A stretch of 64,000 nt of DNA, taken from an uncultured Spirochaetaceae bacterium (GTDB lineage: Bacteria > Spirochaetota > Spirochaetia > DTKZ01). The stretch covers positions 249,413-313,412 of the forward strand of contig CAYNKA010000004.1 in the NCBI GenBank assembly GCA_964397655.1, read 5' to 3'. The notes beneath the pieces were generated by a model, which was given only the letters and a program-made list of their open reading frames with translations, searched no databases and had not been told where the DNA came from. Positions within the stretch are counted from its first letter, which is position 1. Every line of letters starts with the position of its first letter. Both the position numbers and the translations under genes were made by a program. Below, piece by piece: positions 1 through 8,032 of the stretch.

Positions 1-508
1 TTCCCGAGGGATCGACCGCGAGGCTATAAGGAAAATTGAAGGTCGCGGCCGTACCCTGACCGTCGTCGTTGCCCGAGGCCCCGGAACCTGCGAAGGTCGA
101 GACCATGATCGAGACCGTCGTTGCTTTCACCGCGGCGCTCCGTGCGCCCTCGCCTACCGAGTTCGTCGCCGAGACCTTGTACCAGTAGTCCGTGGTCTGG
201 GCGAGGTCCCGGTCGCGGTGGGTGAGGGCCGTGAGCCCGGTCTTGACCGCGGCGTAGGTCCCGTTCTCCGACGCCGAGCGGTAGAGCGTGTAGCTCGTGG
301 CTCCCGAAGACGCGGACCAGGAGAGGGTCAGGGTGATGCCCGTGGCCGCCTGGACCGCGAGCCCCGTCGGCGCGGCCGGCGCCGATGGCGACGCGGGATT
401 GCCGGTACCGTCCGTGCTGTCGGAATCCGAATCGGACTGGGAACAGGCCGCTATGAGCGAAACCGCAAGGGCGAGAATGGCGATGACGTTTTTCGATGGA
501 TACCGCAC
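1..508 (-). CDS. Lipoprotein with FN3 domain followed by NHL repeats (partial, runs off the window start)
   Basis: Not in the ORF track. AGGAGG then GTG at 508 opens a frame reading MRYPSKNVIAILALAVSLIAAC (lipobox), then APTGLAVQAATGITLTLSWSAS...YTLYRS...TDYWYKVSATNSVGEG (FN3), then VSTFAGSGASGNDDGQGTAATFNFPYSLAVD (NHL start). Confidence 0.8.
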   Translation of the reverse strand, partial: MRYPSKNVIAILALAVSLIAACSQSDSDSDSTDGTGNPASPSAPAAPTGLAVQAATGITLTLSWSASSGATSYTLYRSASENGTYAAVKTGLTALTHRDRDLAQTTDYWYKVSATNSVGEGARSAAVKATTVSIMVSTFAGSGASGNDDGQGTAATFNFPYSLAVDPSG

Positions 509-625
509 GATTTTCCTCCTTTTCGTGTCCCAAGAACGCGGATGCGTTCCGTTCCCGGAGGCTGCTCGGCGGCGGTGCAAGGAGCGGATGACTGGGTTGT
601 GCCCCTCTATTCGTTCTTGTGAGTA

Positions 626-634
626 ATTATAGCA
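626..634 (-). promoter_or_regulatory. Extended -10 promoter (TGcTATAAT) of the FN3/NHL lipoprotein gene
   Basis: The plus strand reads ATTATAGCA at 626-634, which is TGCTATAAT on the minus strand, about 115 nt upstream of the GTG. Confidence 0.55.
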
Positions 635-700
635 CGGCGTTGGGGAAAAAACGTATTTTGAAGGGATGAAAGCCCCGGCGCGGCCGGCCGGGGGCACTGC

Positions 701-1188
701 TTAGAACGTGATCTTCCTGATCGTCTGATTGCCGGTGTCGGCAACATACATGTCGCCCGAGGAGTCGAAGGCCATGCCTTTCGGGTAGTTGAACTTCGCG
801 GACGCGAGGGTCCCGTCGGCGGTTCCCGCGATCGTCGACACCATCGCGGTGATGGAGGTCCCGCTCACCGCGGGACTCAACTCGCTTTCTCCCGCACCGT
901 TCGCGGCCGAGACCTTGTCGTACTAGGTGGTGGTCTCCGAGAGGCCCGTGTTCTTGCCGTTGCTCGTCGTCGAGCGGTAAAGGGTGCAGCTCGACGCTCC
1001 CGACGAAGCGGTCCAGGAAAGCGTCATGGTGATTCCGGTACTGGCCGATACAGCGAGACAGGCGGGGGCCGATGGTACTTCGCGTTCGTCGTTGTCGGAA
1101 TCTTTGCCGAGACCTGTGCAGCTCGGCAACAGGGTCGCGGCGATCAGGATAGGCGACAGGGAGAGAATTTTTCGATTCTATTCGACAT
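701..1188 (-). pseudogene. Degraded paralog of the FN3/NHL lipoprotein
   Basis: AGGAGG and ATG at 1188. A 1-nt frameshift lies within the first 7 codons, before KILSLSPILIAATLLPSC. The FN3 segment has an in-frame TAG at 923-925 (TT*YDKVSAANGAGES, against TDYWYKVSATNSVGEG in the neighbour). Only one NHL repeat remains (AKFNYPKGMAFDSSGDMYVADTGNQTIRKITF*). Confidence 0.8.
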
Positions 1189-1427
1189 CCGTATTCCTCC
1201 TTGTTTCAACCATGCAGCAAACACGCACTCGCGGGGATTTCAGGGGAGAAAGGCCGGGAGCACGACTCCCGTGCGAAATATCTGCATGTATAATTTGTTA
1301 CTATATATTGAAATAATATCACCCGATCTGAAAAAATCCCGGCGAAACGGCGATGACCGGTAGAATTCCTCCATGAGTCCTGCAGGGAGCCCTTCACAAA
1401 ACGGGAGAATCGGCTACAATTGCCGGT

Positions 1428-2600
1428 ATGAGCCTATCGAACCAGCTCCGCGACAGATCGCGCCGCGTGATGCCGGGCGGAGGCGGAACTGCGGGTTCGT
1501 CCTTCTTCGCCTCGGCCGAAGGCGTACGCTTGAGTACGGTTGACGGCAGGACTCTCGTCGACTTCACCGCCGCCTGCGGAAGTCTCATCCTCGGCTCCGG
1601 GAACGAAGCCGTCGAACGCGCGGTGAAGGCCGCCTGCGAGCGGGGCCTGTATCCAGGTCTCCGCTCCGAGGACGAAGTGAGACTGGCGGAGCTTCTCGTC
1701 TCGTACATCCCCTTCCTGGACGCGGTGGTGCTCTCGGATTCTGGGAGCCGGGCGATCCGCTCCGCGGCGGATATCGCGAGGAGAATCACGGGCAGGAAGA
1801 CCGTCCTTTACGCGGGGCAGGGCCGCGCCGCGGACCTCGCCTCGGATGCGAAAAGGATTCCCTACAACGATCTCGCCGCCGCTTCGGCGGCCTTTTCCTC
1901 CCGGAAGGGGAGGATCGCGGCCGTTCTGGTCGAGCCGATCGCCTCGAGCATCGGGGTCGCGGAGCCTGCGGCCGGATACCTCAAGGGGCTTCGCGATCTC
2001 TGCGACGCCGGAGGCGCCTTCCTCGTTTTCGACGAAAGGATTTCCGCATTCCGTTTCGGCCTTTCGGACTACGCTTCCTTCTGCGGGGTCCGGCCGGACC
2101 TCGTCTGCCTCGGGGGAATCGTCGGGGGAGGCTTCCCCATCGGCGCGCTCGGCGGAAGCAGGGAGGCGCTCAAGGAAGCCGCGTCCTTCGCGGAGGCGGG
2201 CTCCCCGGCACATCCCGCGGCGATCGCGGCCGGCGTCGCGGTCCTCCTCGAGCTGGAAAGGACAGATCCCTACGACCGCCTCGATCTCTACGCGAGGAGA
2301 ATCCGGGAAGAACTCAACGCATTCGCGGCCGAGAACGACATGGATTTCCGCGTCGCGAATGCTGGCGGCGTTTTTTCACCGTTCTTCCGCAAGGAGAGAG
2401 TAGTCACCGAAGCGGACGCCGAGAATTGCGACGTGGGAAGATACGGCATGTTCGCGCGGAGGCTCCTCGACCGGGGATGGCTCGTTCCCGCTTCCCGGTT
2501 CGCCCCCTGCTTCGTGTCGGCGGCCCACGAGGACGGCGAGATCGACGGCTTCATCGAGGCCTGCCGCCTGACCCTGGACGAGGTGTTCGAAACGGTATGA
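1428..2600 (+). CDS. Glutamate-1-semialdehyde aminomutase (HemL)-like class III aminotransferase fold, catalytically degenerate
   Basis: Collinear with HemL (MPGG, DG..VDF, SG, PYNDL, VEPIA, GLRDLCD.G..LVFDE, PDL.CLG.I.GGGFPIGA.GG), but the PLP lysine position is Gly (GGA at 2115-2117) and the YHG loop is absent. Confidence 0.8.
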   Translation: MSLSNQLRDRSRRVMPGGGGTAGSSFFASAEGVRLSTVDGRTLVDFTAACGSLILGSGNEAVERAVKAACERGLYPGLRSEDEVRLAELLVSYIPFLDAVVLSDSGSRAIRSAADIARRITGRKTVLYAGQGRAADLASDAKRIPYNDLAAASAAFSSRKGRIAAVLVEPIASSIGVAEPAAGYLKGLRDLCDAGGAFLVFDERISAFRFGLSDYASFCGVRPDLVCLGGIVGGGFPIGALGGSREALKEAASFAEAGSPAHPAAIAAGVAVLLELERTDPYDRLDLYARRIREELNAFAAENDMDFRVANAGGVFSPFFRKERVVTEADAENCDVGRYGMFARRLLDRGWLVPASRFAPCFVSAAHEDGEIDGFIEACRLTLDEVFETV

Positions 2601-3694
2601 AACTGCTGCATTGCGCGGATCTTCATCTTTCCCGTTCCGAGGAGGACTATTCCTTCCGCGTCCTCGACGAAATCGCGGACGTCGCGGCGAAGGAGTCCTT
2701 CGGGGCCCTGCTCTTCGCCGGAGACGTCTTCGATTCCCGCGCCGACCTCGAGGCGCTCCGGGACCGGTTTCGGAAAACTCTTGAGCGGCTTCCCGCCGAG
2801 ACTGGCGTCTTCATGATCCCGGGCAACCACGAGTATCTGGGCGCGGCCTCCGAGGACGAGGCCGGACTTTCGCGGTTCGACTTCGGAAGGGCCCGGCTGC
2901 TCGCGAAAAGGCCGTTCGCCCTCGTTCCGCTCGGGGCCGGAATCGAGCTCCTCGCGCTTCCCTTCCGCAGGGACTACGCCGATTATCGGGACTGGAGCGT
3001 TCCCCCGAAGGACGGGGCGTTTCGAGTCCTCCTCGCCCACGGGACGGTCCCGGGCATGAGCTTCTCCGGCCCGGACGAGGAAGGAGCGACCGCGGTGATC
3101 GACGCCGACTTCCTTTTCCGCTTCGGAATAGACTACGCGGCGCTGGGGCACATCCACGCCGGCGCGGCCGCGAACGTCGGGTCGACGGCGGCGGTCTACC
3201 CGGGCTCCGCGAGGGTCTGGCGCGAGGGAGAGGAGGGCCCGAGAAAGGTCGTCGTGTTCTCCGCCGGGACGAAGCCGGTTAAGCTCGAGGAGAGGGTCCT
3301 GAAATCCGCGGGCCGTTTCATCCCCCTGCGCCTCGAAGCGGGCCTGGACGGGACTCTTCCCGCGCCGGAGGCCGTCCTCGGCGGGATGCCGCAGGTTCCG
3401 GGCCGAGGAGACTGGGTCCGCATCGAGGTCTCCGGCCTCGTGGAGGACGAGACCGTGACGATGAGGGACCTGGAAAAGCTAGCGGTCGAGATCGGTCGGC
3501 TCTGCAGGAGGGTGACGTCGGACGCCGGAGCGCTCGACGTGTTCGCCGGCATTTCGGCCCACCCGCTCGCTCTGCGCTTCGCCGAGGCCTGGGAGAAGGC
3601 GAGGGCCGCGAATCCGGACAAGGACGAGCTCTACCGTCTCGCCCGGCTCAACGGCCTCAAGACCTTGAAGGAAATCCTGGAGTCCAGAAAATGA
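2597..3694 (+). CDS. Mre11/SbcD/YhaO-family metallophosphoesterase (DNA repair exonuclease)
   Basis: MKLLHCADLHL, AGDVFD, PGNHE, LAHG, ALGHIH and YPGS motifs. ATG at 2597 overlaps the upstream TGA (ATGA). Confidence 0.88.
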   Translation: MKLLHCADLHLSRSEEDYSFRVLDEIADVAAKESFGALLFAGDVFDSRADLEALRDRFRKTLERLPAETGVFMIPGNHEYLGAASEDEAGLSRFDFGRARLLAKRPFALVPLGAGIELLALPFRRDYADYRDWSVPPKDGAFRVLLAHGTVPGMSFSGPDEEGATAVIDADFLFRFGIDYAALGHIHAGAAANVGSTAAVYPGSARVWREGEEGPRKVVVFSAGTKPVKLEERVLKSAGRFIPLRLEAGLDGTLPAPEAVLGGMPQVPGRGDWVRIEVSGLVEDETVTMRDLEKLAVEIGRLCRRVTSDAGALDVFAGISAHPLALRFAEAWEKARAANPDKDELYRLARLNGLKTLKEILESRK

Positions 3695-5955
3695 TCAAAC
3701 GCCTCGTCCTCGAATCCTTCGGAAAATTCAGGAACAGGGACTTCGCCTTCGGTCCGGTCACCCTCTTCTTCGGCCCCAACGAGGCCGGGAAAACCACCGT
3801 CTTCGACGCGGTCTTCGACGGCATCTCCGCGCCGAAAGGTACGATCGAGGCCGGCAAACGGCTCAGGGACCGTTACGGTCCGGACCGGAAGGCGAGGCTC
3901 GAGTTCGACGGCGAGCCGGTCTCGATCCCCGCCCCGGACTTCCTCAACCTCTTCGCGGTCCAGGCCGGGAAGATCTCCTTCGACATCGACAAGAATTCGG
4001 AATGGATGAACCGGGTGAAGGCCGAGTTGTTTTCGGGCGGAGTCTCGCCCGCGGTCGTCGCCCAGAAGCTCGACGGGAAGCTCAAGAGCAGGACGAAGGA
4101 TTCGCTCCGCGCGGAGATCGAACGGCTCGAACTCGAGTTGGGTGCGACGCGGGATGCGCTCCGAGCCGCCAGAGGCGAACGCGAGGTCTGTCTGGCGGAC
4201 GAGAAACGGATCGCATCGCTCGACGAGAGGAGGAGGAGTGCCCAGGAGGAGATCGAAGCCCTCGCGGCGGAAACGAAGACCCTGCGCGAGGACATCGACC
4301 GGCAGCGCAATCTCCGGGAGGCGAAGTCGGTCGAGAATCTGCTCGCCCTCTTTCCGGAAAGGAAGAGGCTCGCGGAGGACCTCGAGCGGTACGGGCGGTA
4401 CTCGGGCGAGACGCTCGAGGAACTGAAGCGGATGGAGGCGGACCGCCAGAAGCTCAAATCGGAGGCGGACCGGTGCGAGGCCTCCCTGCAGGCCGCGGAG
4501 GAGAAGCTCGGAGATCTCCTCGACGAGAAGGCCGAGGCGGAAGCGGAAAAAACGAAACTCGAGAAGGCCGGGATCGCGGCCTCCATGCTCAAGAAGGGCC
4601 TCCTGGACCGGGAGAGGCTCGTCGACAGGAAGACGACCCGTTCCTTCAGACCGCCGCTCCTCGCAGCCGCCGCGGTCGCCCTGGCCGCTGGCCTCGTCCT
4701 TTTCTTCCTCGCGCCGCCCGCGGCCTCGCTCTTCGCGTTCGTCGCCTCCACCGCAGCGGGCCTCGTCCTCTTCTTCCTCTCGATGCGGAAGGAGACGCGG
4801 GAGGACTTCTCGAGACTCGAGGCCGCCTTGCGCGACGTCCGCGAAGCGTGGAAACGGGAAACTGGCGGCGACCTCGGCGAGGGGGGCTACGAAGCCGTCC
4901 TCGTGGCCCTGGACAGGGCCGCGGAACGGGCCGCCCGGGCGGCGAGCCTCTTCGAGAAGGTGCGCGACCGGGCTGCGGAACAGGAGAAGGCCGCCGCGGA
5001 CCGGAGGGCCGAACTCAGGCGGGCCCAGGACGCCGTTCTCGATGCCGAGCGGGGCATCCGGCGGGTCCTGGAACGGGCCGGAGCCGCGGACCGCGAGGAG
5101 TACGCCGCCAGACTTCAGAAGCGGGAGTTCCTCGAAAAACGGCTCGAGGCGATAGACGCGGCGCTCGGCGCCGCGAGGCTTCGTTACGGCGCCGCCTCGG
5201 ACGCGGACCTGGAGGGCAGGGCTTCGAGGAAACTCGCCGAGCTCGCGGCCGTTCCCGCCGCGGACGAGGCGGGCGAAGCGGAATTCAGGGCTCTGGAACG
5301 GGCCTTCGCCGAGAAGACCGCGAGACTAGAATCGCTGCGAAGCGACGAGCGCGCGGCGCTCGGCGATCTCGGCCTGAACAGGGGTTCGCTCCGCGAGCGG
5401 TTCAAGGGACTTCCCGAGCGGATCGCAGGCCTCGAGCGGGCCGAGGCGGAAGGCGTCCGCCTCCTCGCGGAAAGGCGAAATTCCATGAAGGCGATCGAAC
5501 TCGCCCGCGACATCTTCGCCTCCCTCACCGGGGACGACGGCGCCATGCTGTCGGAGCTCTCCCGGGAGATTGGCGCGACGTTTTCGCGGGTCCTCGCGAT
5601 GGAGCGCAACGTCGTCTTCGAGTCCTTCGACGCCGAAGAGGCCGCGGTGACCGACGCGGGAGGCGGGGCGAGACGTGAGAACCAACTCTCCTCCGGCACG
5701 CGCGACGCTTTCCTTCTCGCCGCGAGACTCGTGCTCGCGAGGAAATCCCCGGCGGGGCCGGGGGGCGGCCTCGTGGTCCTGGACGAGCCCTTTCTCGCGC
5801 TGGACCGCCCGAGGACGAGGAAGGCCCTCGAGGTGCTCGACGAATTCCGCTCGAATGCGGGTTGGCAGATCGTCCTCTTCACGAAGGATGAAGCCCTCGC
5901 CGAGGACGCGAGGAAGGTCTTCGGCGGCACCCTAACGGTGCACGACCTGGGCTGA
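3691..5955 (+). CDS. Rad50/SbcC-like YhaN (AAA_27-type) ATPase with coiled coil and a central hydrophobic hairpin
   Basis: Walker A GPNEAGKTT, long coiled coil, LSSG signature, Walker B VLDEPF. Two hydrophobic segments lie mid-protein (LLAAAAVALAAGLVLFFL / LFAFVASTAAGLVLFFL). ATGA overlap with the nuclease gene. Confidence 0.88.
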   Translation: MIKRLVLESFGKFRNRDFAFGPVTLFFGPNEAGKTTVFDAVFDGISAPKGTIEAGKRLRDRYGPDRKARLEFDGEPVSIPAPDFLNLFAVQAGKISFDIDKNSEWMNRVKAELFSGGVSPAVVAQKLDGKLKSRTKDSLRAEIERLELELGATRDALRAARGEREVCLADEKRIASLDERRRSAQEEIEALAAETKTLREDIDRQRNLREAKSVENLLALFPERKRLAEDLERYGRYSGETLEELKRMEADRQKLKSEADRCEASLQAAEEKLGDLLDEKAEAEAEKTKLEKAGIAASMLKKGLLDRERLVDRKTTRSFRPPLLAAAAVALAAGLVLFFLAPPAASLFAFVASTAAGLVLFFLSMRKETREDFSRLEAALRDVREAWKRETGGDLGEGGYEAVLVALDRAAERAARAASLFEKVRDRAAEQEKAAADRRAELRRAQDAVLDAERGIRRVLERAGAADREEYAARLQKREFLEKRLEAIDAALGAARLRYGAASDADLEGRASRKLAELAAVPAADEAGEAEFRALERAFAEKTARLESLRSDERAALGDLGLNRGSLRERFKGLPERIAGLERAEAEGVRLLAERRNSMKAIELARDIFASLTGDDGAMLSELSREIGATFSRVLAMERNVVFESFDAEEAAVTDAGGGARRENQLSSGTRDAFLLAARLVLARKSPAGPGGGLVVLDEPFLALDRPRTRKALEVLDEFRSNAGWQIVLFTKDEALAEDARKVFGGTLTVHDLG

Positions 5956-6046
5956 GACCGCATCGCGGCCGGCTCGTCCCGCATGCCGCGAACCCGGAGC
6001 CCGGTTTCCCCCCTGTTGTCCGCGGCAGATGATGATAATTAGTCGA

Positions 6047-6074
6047 TTGAAATGTGCAAAAACCGTGCTATAGT
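6047..6074 (+). promoter_or_regulatory. Sigma70-type promoter
   Basis: TTGAAA (6047-6052), 16 bp spacer, TGc-TATAGT (6069-6074), then AGGAGG at 6081-6086. Confidence 0.6.
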
Positions 6075-6094
6075 TGAAGAAGGAGGAAAAATTG

Positions 6095-7117
6095 ATGAAA
6101 AAGTCAATTATCACTATTTTTATCGTATGTTTGCTGGCAATTCCCTCTTTTTCCGATACCATCACCATCACTGATTACAAAGAAGGTTTCAAAACCTTCG
6201 CCGACGACATGGCAGCCGCGCTTCCGCTCAACACCATGGTCGGCCTCAACTGGTCGGACGCCTATATCGGTCAGCTCATCGATCTTCCGCCGCACTTCGG
6301 AATAGGTTTGACCGGCGGCTTCACGACGGTCCCCTACGACGCCTTCAAGAAAATCATGGTGGACACCCTCAAGACCCCGGAAAGCGACATCCCCTCGGTG
6401 ATCAGGGATTACGGCCTACCGCTTCCCGCGATGGTGATCGACGGGCGCGTCGGCGGCTTCATCCTGCCGTTCGACGTCGGCTTCAAACTCGGTTTCCTTC
6501 CGAAGCAGGTGAAGGACAGCATCGACAAGAAGGTCGACATCGACTACCTCCTCGTCGGCTTCGACTTCCGATACAAACTTCTCGATCAGACCTTCATCGT
6601 CATCCCCGAGATTTCCGTGGGTGCCGGCTTCAACTACCTGAAGGGCTCGGTCACCTTGAGCGACATCGTTCCGGGAACGACCATCTCCGACCTCGGCACG
6701 GTCAATCCCGCCCTGAGCGGCCAGACCCTCAGCCTGTCCTCGCCGGACTTCAGCATCGACTGGACGAGCAAAGTCTTCGACCTCAAGGCCCAGGCGAGCT
6801 GGAGTCTCCTCATCATCCAACCGAGCATCGGTGTCGGTTTGAGCTACGCGAAGTCCAGCGTGACGGGCGGGGCGGCTTCGACCCTGCTCCTCAACGGCAA
6901 CCCCCTCACCACGACTCAGAAGGATTATTTCCGTGCCTTCGGCTTCGACGTGGATAATACCGGGATTTCCGTATCCTCGGACGTGACCTCCTGGGGCTTC
7001 CGTGCCTTCGGCGGCATGTCGGTCAACATCCTCCTGCTCCGCGTCGATTTCGGCCTCATGTACGACCTCATCGGCAAGAACTGGGGAGCGACCGTCGGCG
7101 GCCGCCTTCAGCTCTAG
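6095..7117 (+). CDS. Exported hypothetical protein, probable outer-membrane beta-barrel
   Basis: Signal peptide MKKSIITIFIVCLLAIPSFS. The C-terminal half has alternating hydrophobic strands and ends GKNWGATVGGRLQL. Confidence 0.65.
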   Translation: MKKSIITIFIVCLLAIPSFSDTITITDYKEGFKTFADDMAAALPLNTMVGLNWSDAYIGQLIDLPPHFGIGLTGGFTTVPYDAFKKIMVDTLKTPESDIPSVIRDYGLPLPAMVIDGRVGGFILPFDVGFKLGFLPKQVKDSIDKKVDIDYLLVGFDFRYKLLDQTFIVIPEISVGAGFNYLKGSVTLSDIVPGTTISDLGTVNPALSGQTLSLSSPDFSIDWTSKVFDLKAQASWSLLIIQPSIGVGLSYAKSSVTGGAASTLLLNGNPLTTTQKDYFRAFGFDVDNTGISVSSDVTSWGFRAFGGMSVNILLLRVDFGLMYDLIGKNWGATVGGRLQL

Positions 7118-7132
7118 GTCCCGTATCCTCCG

Positions 7133-7163
7133 AAAAAGGCCCCCGTCCGGGGGTCTTTTTTTT
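7133..7163 (+). terminator. Rho-independent terminator (possibly bidirectional)
   Basis: AAAAAGGCCCCC-GTCC-GGGGGTCTTTTTTTT, 16 nt after the stop codon. Confidence 0.85.
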
Positions 7164-7503
7164 CGGCCCCGCTCGCCGAAGCCGCTCCGCCTTTTTCCCC
7201 CCCCTCGGTCAGGCCCTCCCGACCGCCGTCGCATCCTCAACCCACCGACGACCATCCGTCGACCGTCCTCCGTCCCTGCCGCCCCGCTGCGCCTACTCTC
7301 GCCGCCTCTCCTTGAGGAGGCGAGCCTTGAAGCGTCCCAACGTCCAGAAAAAATCCGCTTGCGGGACCGTTTGATTCGAGTTACTCCTCGTCGTGTCTTC
7401 GCGAGGAGCCGATAGAAGACCTTGGTCGACGGACTCCGGAAACGGATTTTTAACGCCCTCGGGGTCTGTTCAGGGAGGGCTTTTGTCACTATAGTTGGGA
7501 ATC

Positions 7504-7884
7504 ATGAAAAAGCACATCGTTCAAACCGAAAAAGCGCCCAAAGCGATCGGGCCGTATTCTCAGGCGGTCAAGGCCGGAGGTTTCCTCTACGTTTCCGGCC
7601 AGCTCGGCATCGATCCGGCGACGGGCAACGTAGTTACGGGGAGCATGGAGTCCGAGGCCCGTCAGGTATTCAAGAACATCCAAGCCATCCTCGAGGCCGC
7701 CAAGATAGATATGGACCGCATCGTGAAGACCACCGTCTATCTCACGGACATGGAAAACTTCGCGGTCATGAACGGCGTGTACGGGACCTACATCCCGGAG
7801 CCCTACCCCGCGAGGACCACGGTCCAGGTCGCGGCCCTTCCGAAGGGCGGCAGGATCGAGGTCGAGGTCGTCGCCGAGGTCTAG
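7504..7884 (+). CDS. ridA: RidA (YjgF/YER057c/UK114) family enamine/imine deaminase
   Basis: APKAIGPYSQAV, SGQLGIDP, VKTTVYLTDM.NFAVMN.VY, PARTTVQVAALPKGGRIEVE motifs. Confidence 0.9.
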   Translation: MKKHIVQTEKAPKAIGPYSQAVKAGGFLYVSGQLGIDPATGNVVTGSMESEARQVFKNIQAILEAAKIDMDRIVKTTVYLTDMENFAVMNGVYGTYIPEPYPARTTVQVAALPKGGRIEVEVVAEV

Positions 7885-8032
7885 TCCTCGTCTCCTGCGG
7901 ATCCCTGACCGGTCCGCAAAAATATTTTCCTGACTCCATGACTTATTACCCGGCATGACGTTGCGTTGCGCACGTCGCAGTCCTTCATTCGATGACGGGA
8001 TTCACAACAAGCGAACACAGGAGGTTCGTCCC

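Noticed and set aside
520-610. Partial resemblance of the leader to a c-di-GMP-I riboswitch (GGGCAC..., GCCTCCGG)
   Set aside because: The GNRA tetraloop/receptor and the GACGCAAAG core are absent, so it is not called as a riboswitch.
1428-2600. Assigning the symbol hemL and tetrapyrrole function
   Set aside because: The catalytic Lys and substrate loops are missing, and no other hem genes are nearby.
2597-5955. Calling the nuclease/ATPase pair a known defence system (Wadjet, Lamassu)
   Set aside because: The partner genes are absent and the architecture fits the YhaO/YhaN repair pair better.
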